A DNA stretch of 64,000 nucleotides from assembly GCA_038087875.1 (NCBI GenBank), contig CM075978.1:81344001-81408000 (forward strand), in the 5' to 3' direction. This stretch comes from Malacoraja senta (lineage: Eukaryota). The notes below the pieces were generated by a model, which made no database searches, was not told the origin of the DNA, and was given only the letters and a program-made list of their open reading frames with translations. Numbering within the stretch: the stretch's first letter is position 1; every line of letters begins with the position of its first letter. Below are positions 26,095 through 41,020 of this stretch, piece after piece. Both the position numbers and the translations under genes were made by a program.

Positions 26095-28069
26095 TTTGTT
26101 CTTTTGTTAATTTCCACTCAAAATGTTAGCATAATCTGGATGGAGAAGTTTGCAATATGCCAAAAAGCCAAGAGATTTTAAAGATAAATTACATCAAAAA
26201 CCATCTCAGTTTTTTCTTGTGATTTTGTTTTATTAAAGTTGGTTCTAGATTCAATGCATCCAAATCCAGAACGATTTCTCAACAGCAGAGCAATTTCTCA
26301 ATTCCAACAGAGTAGAAAAAGGAGCTTGATGGAAAACACATTGCCTATTTGTTATTAACCATTTTACACATAATGACTTTTTACAGCATTTTAAATCTTT
26401 CAATTGGCCATCAACATTTCTTTTCAATTTATGGTCAGCCATTGCGCTATTCTTTCAGTGATCTGAAAAAAATGGAAATCAGTGCAAGAGCTCATTTGCT
26501 ATTGCTTTGTGAATACGAACCACTTCCCACACTGGGATCCTTTGCTGCCAACAGAATGGGTGACATTTAATGAAACGGATAAAAAAGAAAACTCTGGCAG
26601 ATTCAGATGTAGCTCAATGTATATTGTAATATACAGGGCAAGTTGTGATATTTTGATTGAAGTAAGATGAATCACACATAATAAAATGACTGATCTTACA
26701 TCATTGATCAAAATGTCACTGTGCGCTATAGTTGCATCCAATTCCATTTGAAGTCAATGGAATCTCACACATACTGCACCTGGTCTCATCTGGCATTAAT
26801 TTTCCCACATAAGACTGAGCTTAGCCACTGGACTCTACAGCAATGGAGTTTAAAGACAGAGCCAACACCATTTGGTCAGTATCAAATTTCCATGAGTGGC
26901 AATACATGCAGGAAGTCCCAGACTTACTGAGATTATACTGGTAAAATCCGATAATTCTGATCAGAGCTGCTGATTCCAGATAGAAAGGATTCCCCAATTT
27001 ATTGTCTTCTGTGTAAAAGACGGTGTCATTTTCTATGTCAAAAATGACGCGTGAAGGGATGTCGCACCCAAGGCAACACACATTTTAAGAGTGGTAGTTA
27101 TCCCTCTCCATGTCTGTTAGGTGAATGCAGTCACGGTATTCAGAACATCTCAAGCACATTATTACTATATTTCAAATTACCTCTACACAAGATCTGCTGG
27201 TGCTTCCAGCGTGGGCAGCCACTTTACACAATAACTTTTACAATGATTTCCCCAATGCAATAAACTATAATGTGTGCGAGAGCTTTAGTTTCTATGTTCA
27301 GCAGAGTAATGCCATCAATCATTTCTTAGAGGTGTTTAAAATTAATGAACCATTCAACACTTCACCCAGTGAAAATCACACAGCAGCTTATAATCATCCA
27401 AAAGTTATTGATGTTTCATTGCACCTCTATTATATGAATAGAAAACCTTAACTTTTAACCTATTGCATTTTGAACAATCTGCAACACAATGTTTTTCCAA
27501 ATGTTATTCACATTTTGTCTTTTTTGTTCCCTGTGTGGAAACAGGCTTGTTCATTTTTTATAATGGCTTTGAAAACTGCATTCACTAATCACCTCTATTC
27601 TAATCAGCCACTGTTTCTCTGTGTCTGCAGGAGTACTTTAGAATTGGGTGTGTGTATGTATGGCACAGTGATTTATGTTCTCCATCTGTGGGAGATGATA
27701 TATATGCAGCTTTCAAACTTTGATGAGCCCATATCATGTACTGCATTTCATTTCCTACACAAGCCTATTCTGGAAAGAACGAGTCTGTGACAAATGTCAC
27801 TGTTGCTAGTGAGAATGCCTTTTGATGTTGGGGGATCTATCGTTCTGTGACGTAACACAGTGGTACATCCCAAACCCCAGCCAACATTGTCATTTTGCTT
27901 TGTCATCATCACAATCAGTCATGAAAGCCTGCATCTCCTTTCACCTGTCACCAACATCCTGAAGGTGAGCTCCTCTTTGATCTTTAGGCTCAGGCCACCT
28001 GCCTGTGCGGTATATCTTTGAGGATGTGGATACCTTCTATCCTGTGGAATGCATTGTGCAGGAAATGCA

Positions 28070-28395
28070 GGGCGGCACAGTGGCGCAGAGGTAGGGTTGC
28101 TGCCTTACAGCGCTTGCAAGCGCCGGTGACCCGGGTTCGATCTCGACTACGGGTGCTGTCGGTACGGGGTTTGTATGTTCTTCCCGTGACCACATGGGTA
28201 TTCTCCGAGATCTTTGGTTTCCTCCCACACTCCAAAGACGCACAGGTTTGTAGGTTCATTGGCTTGGTATAAGTGTAAATCGTCCCTAGTGGATCTATGT
28301 AGGACAGTATTAGTGTGCAGGGATCACTGGTCGGTGCGGACTCTGTGGGCCGAAGGACCTGTTTCCGCGCTGTATCTATAAACTAAACTGAACTG
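28070..28395 (+). mobile_element. tRNA-derived SINE (HE1-like), full length
   Basis: A box TGGCGCAGAGG, B box GGTTCGATCTC, central GGTTTCCTCCCACA..CCAAAGAC domain, CR1-like 3' end, (TAAAC)n tail. Confidence 0.88.
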
Positions 28396-28985
28396 ACCTG
28401 TGCATGTGCCAGTCCAATGAAGTGTTAGTTGTTTGATGAGTGCTGAGAAGCTTGGCACATCTGCTTCTGCGCGGGCATTTGTATTGGATAATGTCTCCCT
28501 CCATGAGATGCTCAGGGTATGTTGCAAATGTCAAGGTTTCATGCTGTTGAGCCTTCATTGTTGGCAGCTTTAATTAATCGCCACTTAATGCCATATGGCA
28601 TGATGCTCAGAGTGAAGACCGTTATATGTCTGCAATGTTATCCTAATGGTAAGTTTATTATTTATTCCATGCCCGTTTTATTAGTAAGTCAAAATTGATA
28701 ACTGCCTTTCCATGCTCAGATTTTCTTCAACATGGTAAACATGGTCTGTTGATTGGTTCCAGTGAAGTCTTGGGTAAAGGCACAATGCTTTGACATTAGC
28801 ATGTGTTAGCACTAATAAAGAAGACCCTGTGCAGGGATGGGAAAGAAAATCCATGAGTTGCAGAAGTTGATGTTTTTTTCTAGGGAACCAATGCAGTACC
28901 ATCAGAACAGATAGATTCTCACTCTGATCAAGGCTTGCTGCAATTTTGTTATCGCTTTCAGTCTAAATAAATTGAAAAGCTTCTT

Positions 28986-29201
28986 ATCTGTGGAATTCTC
29001 TGCCATGGAAGGCAGTGGCGGCCAATTCACTGGATGAATTTAAAAGAGAGTTAGATAGAGCACTTGGGGCTAGTGGAATCAAAGGGGAAGGGAGAGAAGG
29101 CAGGCACGGGTTACTGGTTGTGGATGATTGAGCAATGAATGGTGGTGCTGGCTCGAAGGGCTGAATGGCCTCCTCCTGCACCTATTTTTTATGTTTCTAT
29201 G
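28986..29201 (+). mobile_element. CR1 3' end fragment
   Basis: Same 3' UTR as 6589-6902, with a TTCTATG tail. Confidence 0.8.
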
Positions 29202-29689
29202 ATCATGTGTGAAGATGCACTCCATCCACAACTGGGAAAACATGAAACAGGAGCAGAGCAACAGTAGGGGCTAAAATATTCTCTTTCACCGCCTCCTTCA
29301 TCTGAAAAATAAACTGCGACATAATGCTGCTGAGCTGAACTCTGTTCTGCATGTTATCATCAAAGGAAAGAAAGAGTTTGAGAAAATTTGGGGAGAGACA
29401 ATTTTCTCCAGTATTGGGAAGGAACTCACTGCTCCTGCTGTCAAATAATTTTGTGAGATCCACAGAAGCAAGTTAGAGTGGTGTTTGCTGCTCTCTGCAC
29501 TTCTACTGAAACTGACACAGAGAGAAGATCATGTTTATTCTGGATCTTCCTGCACTAAAGCAGCAGTGTCCACAAATATATGCTGTCAGGTAATTAACTT
29601 GACTTTGAAGTAAAAGCAACATCTTCACTCAGCATTTCTGTTTCAAATGTTGTGATGCTATTGCGAGCATAACATAAACACGAGACAGC

Positions 29690-29880
29690 ACGGATGGGTA
29701 GCAGTGGCTATGTCTTTTAGAGCCACTGCCTCATAACTTTGATAGCCGAGGTGTAATCCTGACCTCTGGTGCTGTCAGTGTGGAGTTTGCATTGTCTCCC
29801 CATGACCGTGTGAGTTTCCCCGAGTACTAAAGACAAGTGGGTCGGCAAATTATTAAACCACTGTAAATTGCAAGTGATGG
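29690..29880 (+). mobile_element. old tRNA-derived SINE fragment
   Basis: GTGGAGTTTGCATTGTCTCCCCATGACCGTGTG central domain. Confidence 0.6.
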
Positions 29881-30110
29881 TGTGATAGAATGAAGAGCCA
29901 GTTGATGGGAAATTTGGTGAAATTAAATGGAATGAGTGTAAAATTATTGTAGTTTAGTAGTGTAGTGTAAAATTAGTTTAAAAATTCTGCTGCAAGGCCA
30001 CGATGAAAGTATAACCTTTCCTTCACAAGTATTACTGATTTTGTTGATTAAGCTGATAGAATCGTAAATTCTAATGTATTAATTGCACTTGTATTTTCTG
30101 TAATCCATAG

Positions 30111-30284
30111 GGGACTTGTATATCGGAGGGATTGCCAAAGACATGTACAAAACATTACCAAAGCTGGTGGCATCAAGGGAGGGATTTCAAGGATGTTTGG
30201 CTTCTGTGGACCTGAATGGAAGGCTTCCCGACCTCATTTCTGATGCTTTGTATTGCAATGGGCAGATTGAGCGAGACTGTGAAG
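30111..30284 (+). CDS. NRXN1: alpha-neurexin coding exon, end of LNS5
   Basis: Bounded by ccatag|GGGACTTG...TGTGAAG|gtatca; 174 nt, phase 1-1. Encodes (G)[57 protein letters not shown]. Confidence 0.96.
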
Positions 30285-32009
30285 GTATCACTAATTTACT
30301 CACTCAACAACCAAATGAATCATCACTATTCCATAAAAAAACATCCACGATTTTCATTATTTCCTTATCATTTGCGACATCTTTTTGTTTTTCAATATTA
30401 CCCTGTTATGTTTAATCTTTTGAATGCTTGTGATTTTCTACATTCATATTCCTGTTTGCAGTATTCTGTTCAGTTCTATCTATCTTTTAGTGAATAATAA
30501 CTGACTATTTTAAAACACTGTGTTACTGATTTAATGGATTGAGTTTCCAGACAGATTGCTCCCTTTTGTTCTCTTTATGTTCCTTCTGTTATTGCCCCAT
30601 GTATTCAGACCAAAACCCAGTGTCTGACTGGGAGTGATATTATTTAATCCATTTAAATTAAGTTTGTTTCACTACTTTTAATGAATTTCTAAGCTCATTT
30701 ATTATAAATGGACTAGTATTTTTAATAAGCGGTAAAATAAGAAAATATGATATAGATGCATTAGGTTCTCATTGATCTTTGTATAGGAATGTTAAAGTCT
30801 GATGTGATGATCAAGACCTTTTTAAAGCAAGTGTTACCTATGTAACCTTGATCATGCAAGTAACATTCACTTGTGGAACATAAATCGAGTAATATTGTTG
30901 CTTGGCAAATAAGACAAGTATATTCCTCCTATATTAACGTGTAATAATCTTGACAACATCATCCTGGGATGGGGGGGGGGGGGCCTTAACTATGATTTGA
31001 ATAAGGAGGAGAAACCATATTTTCTAGATCAACATTTAGGGCTCAATTTCCAATGGTATTCACCCCTTTCATCACCTCTCAACATTTCAGAATAATTCAG
31101 GACATGTTGCATTAATCGTAATTACAAAAGAGCTTTGAGTTGTAATGATGATCAAACCAGTGAAGTATGATATTTTTCTCAGCATTTATACCGTTTAAAA
31201 ACCAGAGACAGCATTGACCTCTTGTTTATTATCCAAGAGTCGGGAATTATATTAATGCATTTATGTCATGGCATAGTTGCTTCAACGTTATACCCTCTTT
31301 GCACTGCTGTCCCAAACCAGCAAAGTGTGCCACAACTGGCCCTGACAGCATAATTTAAATCCATATGATTCCAGAGAGGAACAGAGCACAGGATGGAAAT
31401 AAAAGTTGTCTAATTAAATATGACCAATATTTGTTTGGGACTAGTTATTTAACATGGTTTAAACGTAAATTAACGTAACCATTAAAGTATCAATAAATAT
31501 TGTATTATCTTGGGAATGTGTTTGCATAAATGAATCACATTTCAATAAAAAGCAACAAAGAAATTCAGCACTTCATGCATAATCTTAACTACATAAATTT
31601 ATATCCATTATAATCCAAAGGTTAAACTATTCTAAAAATTGTATGTTTTACTTTGTGACTTTATTGATTCATCAAATGTATTTTTAAGGATTTATAAATC
31701 ATTACATTGTGATTTTTTGTTGTGCTTTTTTTGTTGTTGAAATCTTTTATCTTCCTTGCTCACTTTTTTTTAATTCACTCTGAATCCCAGGTCTTTTCTC
31801 TAAGATTATACTTCATGAAGTCCAATTATTTCATAATGTATTTCTGTATCCAGCCTTCTCTGAAGAGTTGTGGCAGATAAAATGTAAATACACATGATGC
31901 TGTCAGACTCTATTTCAAATTACCTTTTTTCAGTGAAATTAACAAGAGCCTGTCGAGTATAGAAACAGGAATGTCCAACAGAAACAGTGAAGACAGGAAC
32001 ATTTAACCA

Positions 32010-33615
32010 TTTAAGGACAATTAGGCCATTCGCCCCATCGCGTCTACCTCATCATTCAATCATTCAATTGGCTGATCTATCTTTCCATCTCAACCCCATT
32101 CTCCTGCCATCTCCCCATAACGCTGATACCCTTACCAATCAAGAATCTGCCAATCTCCTCCTTAAAAATACCCAATGATTTGGCTTCCACAGCTGTCTGT
32201 GGCAATGAATTCTGCTGATTCACCACCCTCTGACGAAATAAATTCTTCCTCATCTCCTTTCTAAAGGTATGACCTTTTATTTGGAGGGTGTGCCCTATAG
32301 TCATAAACACTCCCACTAGTGGAAATATCCTCTCCACATATACTCTATCTAGGCTTTTCACTATTCGGTACGTTTCATTGAGGTCCCCACTTCATCCTTC
32401 TAAACTCGAATGAGTACAGGTCCAGTGCCATCAAATGCTTATAATGCGTTAACCTAATCATCCGTGGGTCATTCTTGTAAACCTCCTCTGGACCCTCTAC
32501 AATGTCAGCACATCTTTCCTCGTATATGGGGCTCAAAACTGCTCACAATACTCCACATGCGGTCTGCCCAGTGCCTTATAAAGCCTCGGCATTACATCCT
32601 TGTTTTTATATTCTAGTCAACTCAAAATAAACATTAACATTGCATTTGTCTTCCTTACGGCTGATTCAACTTACAAATTAACCTTTTAGGAATCCTGCAC
32701 TCCCACGTCCCTTTGCACCTCTGCAGAATCCCTGCTTTCTCTGCACTGCCTACCCCTTCACCTATCTTTGTATAATATACAAAGCCTTCAATTCCCTCAT
32801 CCAAATCATTGATATACAACTTGAAGAGTTGCAGCCCAAACATGGACCCCTGTGTAACACCACTAGTCATTGTCAGCCAACCAGAAAAAGCCCCCTTTAT
32901 CCCCACTGTTTGTCTTCTGCCAAGCAGCCAACTGACTATCTATGCTAGATACAAAATGCTGCTACACAATGGGACAGGCAGCATCTCTGGAGAGAATGAA
33001 CGGGTTGAGACCCTTCTTCAGTGTCTATCCATATCTTCTCTCCAACACCATGGGCTCTCATCTTTTTTAGCAGCATCAAGTGTGACATCTTATCAAAAAC
33101 CTTCTGAAAATCCAGGTAAAAAACATCCATTGACACTCTTTAGATTCTCCTGTTATTTACTCCCTCAAAGAATTCCAACAGATTCATCAGATCCCCGTAA
33201 TAAAACCATGCTGATTTTGATCTATTTTATCATGTGCTATCTTCACTACTCAGAAACCACATTTTATAATGGACTGTAAAATATTATGAATCATTGAAGT
33301 CAGGCAAACTGGCCAATAGTTTCCAGTCTTCAGCTTCTCGCTTCTTTGTCAAACAGGTGAGTAACATTTGCGATTTTCCAGTCTTCTCGGTCACTCCTGA
33401 CTCCAGTGATTGTTAAAAGATCACCACTATTGCCTCCACAATGTCTGAAACTACCTCTTTCAGAACCCTGGGGTGTAGTCCATCTGGTCCAGGTGACTTA
33501 TCCTCCTTCAGACCTTTCAGCTTCCCAAGCACCTTCTCCTTAGTAATAGCAAATCCATGAATTTCTGCTTCCCGACTCTCTTGAATCCCTGGCACGTTGC
33601 TGGTGTCTTCATCAC
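32010..33615 (-). mobile_element. decayed CR1 LINE containing a Penelope pseudo-LTR fragment at about 32946-33021
   Basis: KSPGPDGLHPRVLKE, YLDFQKVFDK, SGVTQGS and RVVNQQNSLP motifs. Confidence 0.85.
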
Positions 33616-33669
33616 TCAAACCACACAAACCACCACCTCCCTCGATTTCATCTTGACTTGCAATGCCTC

Positions 33670-33980
33670 GGGTAAGTAGTGGCAGAGTTGCTGCCTTATA
33701 GTGCCAGAGACCTGAGTTAGATCCTGACTACGGGTGCTTGTCTGTACGGAGTTTGTACGTTCTCCCTGTGACCTGCGTGGGTTGTCTCTGGGATCTCCGG
33801 TTTCCTCCCACCCTCCAAAGACATACAGGTTAGTAGGTGAATCGGCTTGGTATAATTGTAAATTGTCCCTAGTGTGTGTAGGATAGTGTAAGTTTGCGAA
33901 AATCGCTGGTCGGAGCGGACTCGGTGGGCCGAAGGGCCTTTTTCCGCACTATATCTCTAAACAAAACTTAACTAAACATA
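33670..33980 (+). mobile_element. tRNA-derived SINE (HE1-like)
   Basis: Same family, with a (TAAAC)n tail. Confidence 0.85.
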
Positions 33981-36900
33981 ACAAAGGCCTCCAGCCATAT
34001 TTGCCTCCATGGTAGCATACGACAAGCATACCATACACAGACCATATCCACAGCGACTCGGTTGGTTAATTCAAAGCTGGTTTACTCACAGAAGACACGT
34101 GTGAGATGAAAGGATGTTACTCTGGTGGAGGTCTGTAACCAGTGGAGTTCCGCAGAAATCTGGTGAACCTCATCTGTACCCTCTTCAAAGCCTCCATATC
34201 CATCATGTAATGGGGTGACCAAAACTGCACATAATATTCCATAGTACTCCAATTTTTATGAAGCTGCACCATAACTTCCTGACACTTATTCTCAATGCTT
34301 GACCGATGAAAGCAATCATACCATATGCCTTCTTTATCACTCTATTGATGTATTATCAGGGAGCTATGTACTTCAACCACAAGATCCCTCTGCTCATCAA
34401 TTCTGTTATGAGTCTGTACTTTTCCTTTGTATTCAACCTCTCAGAGCGCAACACCTGACTCAGATTAAATTCCATCTGCCAATTCTCCACCCAATCTTTA
34501 ACGCATTTAAATCTAAAAACTTGTTTACTCTGCAATTGCTTTGAAGTCACTGCCGAATAGCATGCACAGATGAACATAATACTTAACCCTGTATGTGTAT
34601 GTGATAGGTCCAAGTGTGATATGACTGCACAATAGCAGTGAATGCTAATTTCATTTTAAATCAGTCTTAATAAGAGTTCAATACTGATTGGTTTTGTTAT
34701 TGAAATTAATTTTCTGGATCCCAATTTCTTTGTCATCATTTATGAATATTTCTGGGACTATTTATAGATATCTTACCTGACATCACCATTTGATTATTGA
34801 GCATTTTCCTCAGCTGAGAGTCACACACATAAACCTCATCTCACATACATGTAATTCTCCATGGAAATATAAATTGTGCGTATCAACACAAAATAGATAC
34901 CCAAATGATGAACATAATTCTATCTATAGCCTCATGTTTCTCCTTTTTTATTGCTTCTATAAAGTCTAGAATGATAGATAACTAGGAGACGCATAACAAT
35001 TAAAAAAAACACATGGTAAAGAAATTATTATCCATTTCCACACTAACTACTGTTGTTTTCTATCATAGTCTTTGATATGGCACTATCCCAACAATAATTA
35101 TCTATTTGTGTTCCTTCCTGGACTTCTCCAATTGTTTTTTTTCAAGGCTTCTGGTATGCAATCGGTTTCAATTCTTTGCTGCCAAAGCAAAACACTATAG
35201 ATGATGGAAATACAAAATAAAAACATTTTAAAAAAAACTCAAGACTCAGCAGATCAGACGACCTCTCGGGAGAGACACAGAGGAAGCCAACTGCTCAGTA
35301 TTTTCAGTTTCATTGGCATAATCTCTACATTGATAGCCTCTGTCTATTTTCCTATTTGCCTTAGGCCATTATGTTTTTGCTTTTTCTCGTTAAAAGATAT
35401 CTTAACAATGCAGATGTAGAGGTAACTGGTTCCATTCAATAACATTGCTCATCCCACTACGAACAACTATTGAAAAGCTGCAGCCATGATGCACAGTTAT
35501 CACGACTGAATAATGTTCTTCTGTAATGTGATAGAATGAGAAAAGGCTAAGGCTTATAATGATGATTTCTACATTGCTTGAACACAAACAGATCTAAACA
35601 TTTTAACAGAGATCCAAGACTGAGAGAAAAATTTAAAATTTAATATTTGGCTGGGTGTAGAAATGCATTCTTAATTGCCTTTTTTTTTACTTTAAATGGC
35701 AAAATGTCTAGTGATATTTAGGTAAAGTCATGTTTATGAAATGTATCATCAAGTAAAAATTAATAGTTATGTGTTTAGAATGATTTTTACTGTTTATGTA
35801 CAATTTACCAGTTTGGGTAAATGTGCAAGATATTGTCTTTCTTATATCATGTGTCACAGTTTGAAGATTAGAGATTATGCTGATTCTTTTAGAAGGGTAA
35901 CATTTATGTGCAATGTGAATTCTCCTTTCAATGTTCCCATGTGGTCATGTTTTCTCCATGAATATCAGGAAGGTGCTGAATGCTTGAGTGAGATAATTTA
36001 TTTTCTCACTTAACCATTACAATTATTCGTTGATTAGTGTGCTATTCAGTTCAGTTCTCCAAATATTGACTTCCATTCTATGGTTAAAAACTTTTGCAGT
36101 GAGCTAAGTTTAAAGACTATATATTTAATGCAGAAATATCTTTGTGGGGCTGAAAATGTTCAACCCACAACCTGGGAGGACAGGATTCATAGGTTAATGA
36201 AGTCTGATGGTGGATATGCTCAGAGAGGGGGAGGCAAGGGTGCTTGGGAGAATAGGAGGCAAGTGACCTTAACACTTGGTGAGATTTCCAGAAGCAAGAG
36301 AGCCACACTTAATCAGAAAAGCAATAACAATTTACAGAAGTTAAACATCTGAAATACAAACAATGAATGCTGGAAATAACTCATCAGATCAGGCAGCATC
36401 TGTGGAGAGGAAAATAGAGATACGTTTTCAGGCCAATCACCTGCTTCAGAACTAGAAAGTATTTTAGAAAGGCAGCATGTTTAAATTTTGAATCAAAAGG
36501 GAAGAACTAAGTTAATGTCTGTGAAGGGTGGACACAAAGACAAGATGGATGGCCTGGTTTGATATTGAATTGGAAGGGATGCTGATGGCTTGTTCGTTGC
36601 ACCTAATCTGTCAGAAGGAGGTGTAAATGGCAGGAGACATACAAAGTCTTGCAACCATGTTTGATTCTTGGTATTGGTTGATGGATGCTTTGGAAGATCA
36701 GCTTTTGGTGTTGGGATCACGTTCACGATCGATACTGATAACACATCAGGTAAGGTGGGTGAATGAAATTACACCCAGCCCTTTCATTGATGGGAATTAC
36801 AGGAGGGAGGCATGGATGGTGGCTGGCAGGAAGTTTGGGGGCTACTGATGGACTGACAAAAGTAGGTAATTTAATTAGTTGTGCTCTGACCTGATAAGAA

Positions 36901-37794
36901 TATATTGTGCTGGGAGAGGCCTAACAACAGACTGGGGTGCGAATCACACGGCGGGCAACGCTAACTGATGATAAAAATGCCCTGTCAAATTTCCAGACTC
37001 AATTGTCTGAAATAATACAATGTAAACTTCACAGATACTAATTGAATACCCGTCAAAGATGCCTGCATGACTTTGTTTACCTTTTACTCAAGAGCTTTGT
37101 TATTCAAATGTATGGTCTGAAAGTGTCAAAGCTGATGTACACAAAATATTTCTTCATTATCTATTCATTGTATCTGGAAGCAATATCCTTTTCACCCATT
37201 GAACCATTCTTGAAAGCAGAGGGTTTTTTTTTTCGAGTTGTAACTTTGTGGCTTATATTAGATTGGTTCTTCTGTCAAATAAATATTGAGCAGGATTATG
37301 CTGGATGCAGATGATAATTCTGATTAAAGTTCAGACGGAGAAACAAAAGAAAGTCCTGGACAACAGTGCATGTGTTATGAAATGAAGAGAACAAACCACC
37401 CAGGATAATTGGAGGGCAAGTCTATCACCTTGCTCCACCATTGGATTCTCCATGAAGTCCATCAGTGGAGCACAGTGTTTCTGAAAGTCAATGTTGCTCA
37501 TGTCTTGTCTTTGTAGTTTGTTGTTTTTTCAAATATTCATTTTCATTATAATATATTATTTTAAACTCCCTGAATCAATGGCAACCTGTAGAACTGGTGC
37601 ATACTGGCCCATGGCTTTTGTAGAGCTTCCTCATTGTACTGCCTAAGCAACCATCGCCCTTTCAATGCAATGTTGTGTGGGATCAGGAACATTTCCCTTC
37701 TCATCCAATCTTCCCATAGATTTGAACCAGGTGCTATCACATGATTCAGCTCATAAGTTCATGTGATAGGAGCAGAATTAGGCCATTTGGCACA

Positions 37795-38540
37795 TAATCA
37801 TCATCATACTTTATTAGCCAAGTATGTTTTGCAACATACGAGGAATTTGATTTGTCATACAGTCATACCAATAAAAAGCAACAGAACACACAAAACACAA
37901 TTTAACATGAACATCCACCACAGTGACTCCTCCGCATTCCTCACTGTGATGGAAGGCGAAAAAAAGTTCAATCTCTCCCTTCTTTGGCCTCCAGCGGTCG
38001 GGTGCCTCTAACCTTCAGTTGACGGGACGATCTTACTCCCATAGTGGCGGCGGGCCTCCTCGTCAGGGCGATCAAGCTCCTGCATCGGGGGTGGGGGGAA
38101 TCTCAGCTCCCCCGCGCCAGGCGATCTACCCCGGGTCGGAGCTAGTCGAATGTCGTACGGCTTTTGGAGCTTCCCAACGTCAACCCGAGACTGCGAGCTC
38201 CTTGATGTTAAAGTTCGCAGGCTGCGGTTGGAGCGTCGATCCCAGGCAAGGAATCGGCTCCGATGGTAAGTCCACGCCCTGCGGTAGGGCTCAAAGTCAG
38301 TCCCGAGCAAGGCCTCCAGCTCCATGATGTTAGGCCGCAGAGCGACCGGAGATACGATCCGGAAAATAATCGCATCTCCGGCAAGGTAAGAGGCTGAAAA
38401 AAGTTTCCCCCGACCCCCTCCCCCATCCCCCATATAAAACAAACCAGAGAACATTAACACATACTTCTTAAACACTCTAAAAAAAATAAAAAAAGACGAA
38501 AAACTGTACAAACAGACAAACTGTAGGCGAGGCTGCCATC
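37795..38540 (-). mobile_element. GC-rich non-autonomous retroelement with Rex1-like 3' end
   Basis: 3' end AATTCCTCGTATGTTGCAAAACATACTTGGCTAATAAA(GTATGATGA..); CpG-rich body homologous to 53098-53783; nested in a CR1 3' UTR. Confidence 0.7.
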
Positions 38541-39855
38541 AAAGCACAACCCTGTGGAATCTCATCGAGTCTACTCCGCCATTCAATCGTGACTAACCCA
38601 TCTTTCCCTCCTAACCCAATTCTCCTGCCTTCTCCCCAGAATGCCTGATCATAAATTAATTATTTTAAGACATTCTCACCTTTTAGTCATTAATCATTAA
38701 TTATGCAGTTTGTATAACAATTGATAACTCACCACTAATTCCAGGGTTTCCATGGATCAGTGATCTCTCTTCATTGTATCAATTTCTTTCTACACTCCTT
38801 AACCAATATTATGGATTCATCAACTTCCATCAAATCACATCTTAAGTGTACATTGACATTATTCTTTTCACATTTAAATTGTTTATATTTTAAAGTTTGA
38901 AATTCCTTGATGCACAATGTACGAGGTCTGATTCAACCACATACTGGTAACGAACAATCAGCAGGCAACACACTGGCTGCTTTCCTATCTTGATAGCTTA
39001 AGACTGTTGGAGCAGACAGCATAGTTGCCAAAGTTCTCGGGATTGGTCCCAAATGTACTGTATAATGTATGACCTTATCACCCACACCTAGGAAGGGGAG
39101 AGTGTTCCAGGAAACCTGAGATACTGTTATTAATCATCTACACAGAATGCGAAATATCCCATTGTGATAACCACAGGGAACTATTCCTAGTGTCTGCCAC
39201 AGGATAAAATCATCATCAGAATCATCCTCCACTGTTTCTTCAGAGGGACTGAAGAACTACTCTCGGAATCCCACTGGGGTGCCATCGTTCTGGAGGCACA
39301 GTGAATATGAACTGCATAACATGACAACTTCAGTCGAAATGCAGAGAACAGCAATAATTACCATACGTGGCTTCTTTGACCTCTTTGTAACTTAATTTGT
39401 GGAATTTGGTTGCTCATGAAAAATCTTCACCATCCTAATTGTGCTGTACGACATTATGCACACCATGCCTTTAATCAATGAGTCAATAACAGAAACATGC
39501 TTAGTGTACATGGTATGCTGACTTAAATACTTTTCTGAATCTTTCCTACTGCAATGTTGAACTCACCCTGAGCAAGTTTACCTCTAGCACGCAGCTAATC
39601 TGCAGAGCTAATGGAATGTTCAATCTTTGTCACCTCACTCCAGAAGTAAGGCTGTCCCAACTAGCTCGGATGAGGTATGTCAAAGATCTTCTGGCCATGT
39701 CATAGCAATTTGTGAATAATTGCACTTATCAAGATCCCACAAATAGTAAGATATGATGATTATTCTGATAATAATGTTGTTAAAGGAGAAATCGGGTGGA
39801 TTCACGCATGACACCGTGTGCCTTTAAACCAGAGAAGTGACAATATTTCATCCCA

Positions 39856-40520
39856 AAGTCAAGTCAAGTTAAGTCACATTTATTTATATAGCACATTTAA
39901 AAAACAACTCTTGTTGGCCAAAGTGCTTTACATTTGTTATAAGAATAGCATAAGCAAAACAAACTACATACATATATACATGTAGCCCTCACTCAGAGGA
40001 CGTTAGGAAAGGCTTGGGAGTATAGATAAGTCTTTAGTCTTGACTTAAAAGAGTCGATGGAGGGGGCAGTTCTGATGGGAAAGGGGATGCTGTTCCACAA
40101 TCTAGGGGCTGCAACCGCAAAGGCGCGGTCGCCCCTGAGCTTATGCCTAGACCGCGGGATATTCAGCAACCCCAAGTCGGCTGATCTGAGGGAACTGGAG
40201 GTGGAGTGGTGGGTGAGAAGACTTTTTATGTAGGTGGGGGCAAGTCCATTGAGGGCTTTGTAGACATGGAGGAGGATCTTGAAGTTTATACGGAACCGCA
40301 CAGGGAGCCAGTGGAGAGAGGCCAGGATTGGGGTGATGTGGTCCCTTTTTCGGGTGCCCGTCAGGAGTCTCGCTGCGGCATTTTGGACCAGTTGCAGGCG
40401 GAACAGGGAAGATTGGCTGATGCCAGTATAAAGGGAGTTGCAGTAATCTAGGCGGGAGGAGATGAATGTGTGGATGATCTTTTCGAGGTCATCAAACTGG
40501 AGGAATTGTTTTATTTGGCT
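39856..40520 (-). mobile_element. L2 LINE 3' fragment
   Basis: SRLDYCNSL...LQLVQNAAARLL...HITPILASLHWLPV...FKSRLKTYL; (TTGAC)n tail. Confidence 0.92.
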
Positions 40521-41020
40521 TGCAACAATCCTCCAAAAACCTGAATTTAAGTAGAAGGAAATGCAAACAATTTTGCAAAAATAATTTTTAAATATAATTT
40601 TGTGAAACTTATATCTATCAACAATTGTAATTCCTTTTGTTAGAAAAAAAGAAAATGGCCACATGGTGATCATTTTATGGAGGGCACAAGAATGGGTTAT
40701 TACAAGAGGATAGAAGTACCATAAATGGAAAAAGTATTGCTTTAGTGACCATTTTTATACTATGTTATGTGAATCATTACAATTTAGAAATATGTAATGT
40801 TGTACGTTAAGGTGAGTTGGTTTACTTTGTGTATTGCTTGATCATGCTTGCCTTACCAAAATAATTTTCTGAAACACTACTGATTATTACAGTGCTATGG
40901 CAAAGTGTATCATTCTGATGGCAGTATATAACATTCTTTCTGGCTTGCTTATGGGTTTAAAAAAAAGGGCTGCTATCATATCTTTTCTTTCTTATTGCAT
41001 CTTTCTCTCCTTTCTAGCAG

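Noticed and set aside
28070-28145. tRNA genes (A/B boxes)
   Set aside because: These are SINE heads continuing into SINE bodies and tails; there is no complete cloverleaf or T-run terminator.
39993-40673. 226-aa ORF as a nested antisense gene
   Set aside because: It is the L2 ORF2 C-terminus with a fortuitous upstream extension.
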